Source: the human T2T-CHM13v2.0 reference genome, Homo sapiens. From it: a stretch of DNA of 64,000 bases. Of the stretch, positions 61,668 to 64,000 are shown one piece after another. The stretch lies in the NCBI RefSeq assembly GCF_009914755.1, contig NC_060943.1; one strand, written 5' to 3'. Below the pieces are notes generated by a model. It did not search any database and was not told the DNA's origin. It was given only the letters and a program-made list of their open reading frames with translations. Numbering within the stretch: the first letter of the stretch is position 1; each line of letters begins with the position of its first letter. The position numbers and the translations under genes are program-made.

Positions 61668-62753
61668 TTATTGTGGGAGGATCGGGGTGTCCGAGGGCCC
61701 CGGGAGTCGGGATGGACTTGGAAGGCTCGGGGGAGGGGCCTTTGAGGAAGAGGAGTCCTGGAAGCGGGGGTCATCACAGGTCAAGGGGTGGTCCTTGGGA
61801 CCCCCGCAGTCAGTGGTGCTGCGGCGGCAGAGTGCACATTGACAGCTGAGAGCCACGGCGTAGGAGACCACGGGGTTCACGCCGCGCGGGCAGCCAGGGA
61901 GCCGGATGGACTCGAAGCGCACATCGCGGTAGTTGCACACCACCTGAGGCAGGGCCGGCAGGACCCCCTGCAGCACGCGGGTCTGGAAGCCGTGTGAGTG
62001 GGAGAATGAGCATGTGCCTGGGGCCAGCGCCTCAGCTGAGCTCCCCAGCTGCCCCCACAGGTCTCAGACTCAGGGGTCCAGGAAGCCCTCTGTTCCTGCC
62101 CTCCCACACCCCATTCCGCAGCCCCTGACCAGAGAGGCAGACCACCCTTCCTCCCCCGCTGCCTCTGTGGGTCTGGCCCTGAGGTGGCAGCACCTGCCCT
62201 GGCCCCGGGCAGCTCACCATGGTGGGGCAGTAGCCGGCACAGATGGTGGTGTTGACGGTGATGCACACGGGGCAGCCCTCCTTCTCCACAGCCAGGGTGG
62301 CATTGATGGGGCGGCACCGTGGCCGAAGCGGCTCCTTGGATGCCCATGTCCCGCCCATGCTCAGCAGCAGCAACAGCAGCAGCCCCTGGGACAAGGACAC
62401 TGCTTCACCCGGGTCTGAGACCGCAGCCCCGAGTCCTGGCCTTCCCATCCCGCGTGGTACACCACCCACAAAGACCCAGAGACCCTTCCCGGCATCTCCT
62501 ATTCAGGACCCACCACCCGGACACCTGCCTTTCAGAGCCCACCCCACAGCCCAGAGGACCTGAGATACCCCAACATTTCAGATCCCCACCCTCAGGAAAT
62601 GCCCCACCTGAAGCTTACTGGGGGTCACGCTCCTCCAGAAAGAGGCCTCCTTACACAGCTCACACGGGTCTGACCCCTTCTCATGCCAGTGATTGCCTGG
62701 AAGGAGGTGGAAGGTGCCCAGGGGCCCTGCAGTCTTACCTGGAACATCTCCAT
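61668..62753 (-). CDS. CGB3: Chorionic gonadotropin beta subunit, 165 aa (Asp117 type)
   Basis: Exons 62753-62739, 62385-62218, 61982-61668 (498 nt); MEMFQ…[16 protein letters not shown]…[32 protein letters not shown]; stop overlaps AATAAA (61667-61672). CGB3 inferred from being the LHB-proximal copy. Confidence 0.93.
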
Positions 62754-63117
62754 CCTTGGTGCGTCCCCTGCCTCGTGTACCTGGCTTTATACCTCGGGGT
62801 TGTGGGGGCGGCAAGGCCACCAGGAGGTTGTAGGATGCTGGGGTGAGCTCGACACTAACCCCTTGGGGGGCAAGAGGTAGACAAGGCCAGGGGGGCTCAG
62901 GAGTGGCTCAGCGGAGCGCCCCAGCCCTCTCCCCTCAGTGGTCCAGCGCCAAGGGTGAGGCGGAGACCACGGTGAAGTGACCTCAGAGACTCAGTCGTCG
63001 AGTGCTAGGGACTAGTCGAGGCTGGAGGCACAGGGAGTAGGGTGTAGGAAGGCCTGCCTCTGCCTATGGTGGGGTCTTGGAAGCCAGGAGGAGGCCGTGA
63101 CCCGAGCAAAGTGCTGG

Positions 63118-63479
63118 ACTGAAGCCTCAACCCTCCTCTACTTGAGGCTTTCCTGCACCACAGTCCAACCTCCCAGGAGGGGCGCGGCTTCGGACTTAGC
63201 TTCTGCCCAATGAGAGAGGGCCTCCCCGTGACTGTGCTGCCAGGGAAGCCACTTGACCCTGGTGCCCCCCAACGAGGGATTCAGCCCGAGCCCCACCTCT
63301 CCCTTAGGGACCTCCGCCCACCCTACCCTCAAGCCAGGATGCCCGGAGCGGTCCCCGGAAATGCGTGTGCTTCAGGTGATTTAACTGATTATTGAATAGG
63401 CCCGCAGGGGGTGTGTCCTGCCCGCGGGGCCGCAGCCTCGGAGGACATTATCTGGACTTAGTCCCTTCCCCGCGATGCC
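63118..63479 (-). promoter_or_regulatory. CGB3: TATA-less placental CGB promoter (TSS ~63118, ~365-nt 5'UTR)
   Basis: TCCAGCACTTTGCTCGGG start-site sequence; GC-rich AP-2/Sp1-like tracts; AATAATCA at 63386-63393. Confidence 0.75.
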
Positions 63480-64000
63480 ATCAAGCTGGACAATTTTAAG
63501 GTCTGTTTCTTTCCCAGTGTAGGGTATAGGTTGGCACAGGGAAGAGGGCTAGAAACCTGACTTGAGCTCCCCACCCAGGGCTGAACTCTCCAGCATCCTG
63601 ATCACTTCTCATTGAACCTTGCTTATACTCCCCGTGTGATCGGTAGCTCTTTATCTCAAAACAGAATATTCTAAGCCAACCCCTGCCCGCTCTCACCAAG
63701 TAAGATTTCTCATTTGAACCCCAGCTCCCAGATACTTAAAGGCCTTCTGTAGACCATGTCCTCAAGGTCCCCTGGCCATCTGCTTGCATGTTCCAGTTTC
63801 TCTCCTCCCCCATGCACATCGTGAAATGTGCCCTCCCACTCCCCAGGATGAGCAAGGTGGTGTCCTCTGTGACTGAGCAGTCAGCAACTTAACACCAAAG
63901 GTCACCAATGATCAAATCCATGAGAGTTGATCCGAGGAGTTATGTATTAGGGCTACGAAAGAGTAAACACTCAGTAAATAGTGGCTATTATTATCATCAT

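Larger units (their letters stand above)
61512..63479. repeat. Segmental duplicate of 54616-56575 (LHB/CGB duplicon)
   Basis: Colinear, high-identity match from AGTTG(C)GATGTCATCCCCCGACCCCA to GGACTTAGTCCC…GATGCC. Confidence 0.95.

Noticed and set aside
63534-64000. snaR RNA genes or NTF6 pseudogenes expected in this cluster
   Set aside because: No recognisable snaR or neurotrophin-like sequence here; they should lie beyond the window end.

Overview
Human (or near-identical hominid) genomic DNA matching 19q13.33. Gene order: last exon of BAX (+), FTL (+, 4 exons, 5' IRE), GYS1 (-, 16 exons, 737 aa), a shared head-to-head CpG promoter, RUVBL2 (+, 15 exons, 463 aa; mirtron MIR6798 in intron 7), LHB (-), a 5-exon 334-aa microtubule-inner-protein-like gene missed by the ORF track (best match SAXO3/LOC101059948, -) and CGB3 (-). 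I traced all exon boundaries by hand to GT/AG sites, and the spliced CDS lengths close in frame. Introns are very Alu-rich, with a THE1 LTR, Tigger, L1, L2/MIR remnants and MSR1 minisatellites. Most notable observations: (1) arrays of inverted, ~80-bp-span pairs of the ACTACAAYTCCCAG (ZNF143/THAP11-type) motif deep in GYS1 introns; (2) junctions of the LHB-to-CGB duplication, a ~1.96-kb copy bracketed by a ~56-bp direct repeat with microhomologies, which also carried the RUVBL2 3'UTR and a SAXO3 3'UTR fragment that now forms the distal hCG promoter; (3) the SAXO3-like gene ending a few hundred bp upstream of the LHB promoter. Gene, repeat and variant names come from recognition and memory, not from database searches.
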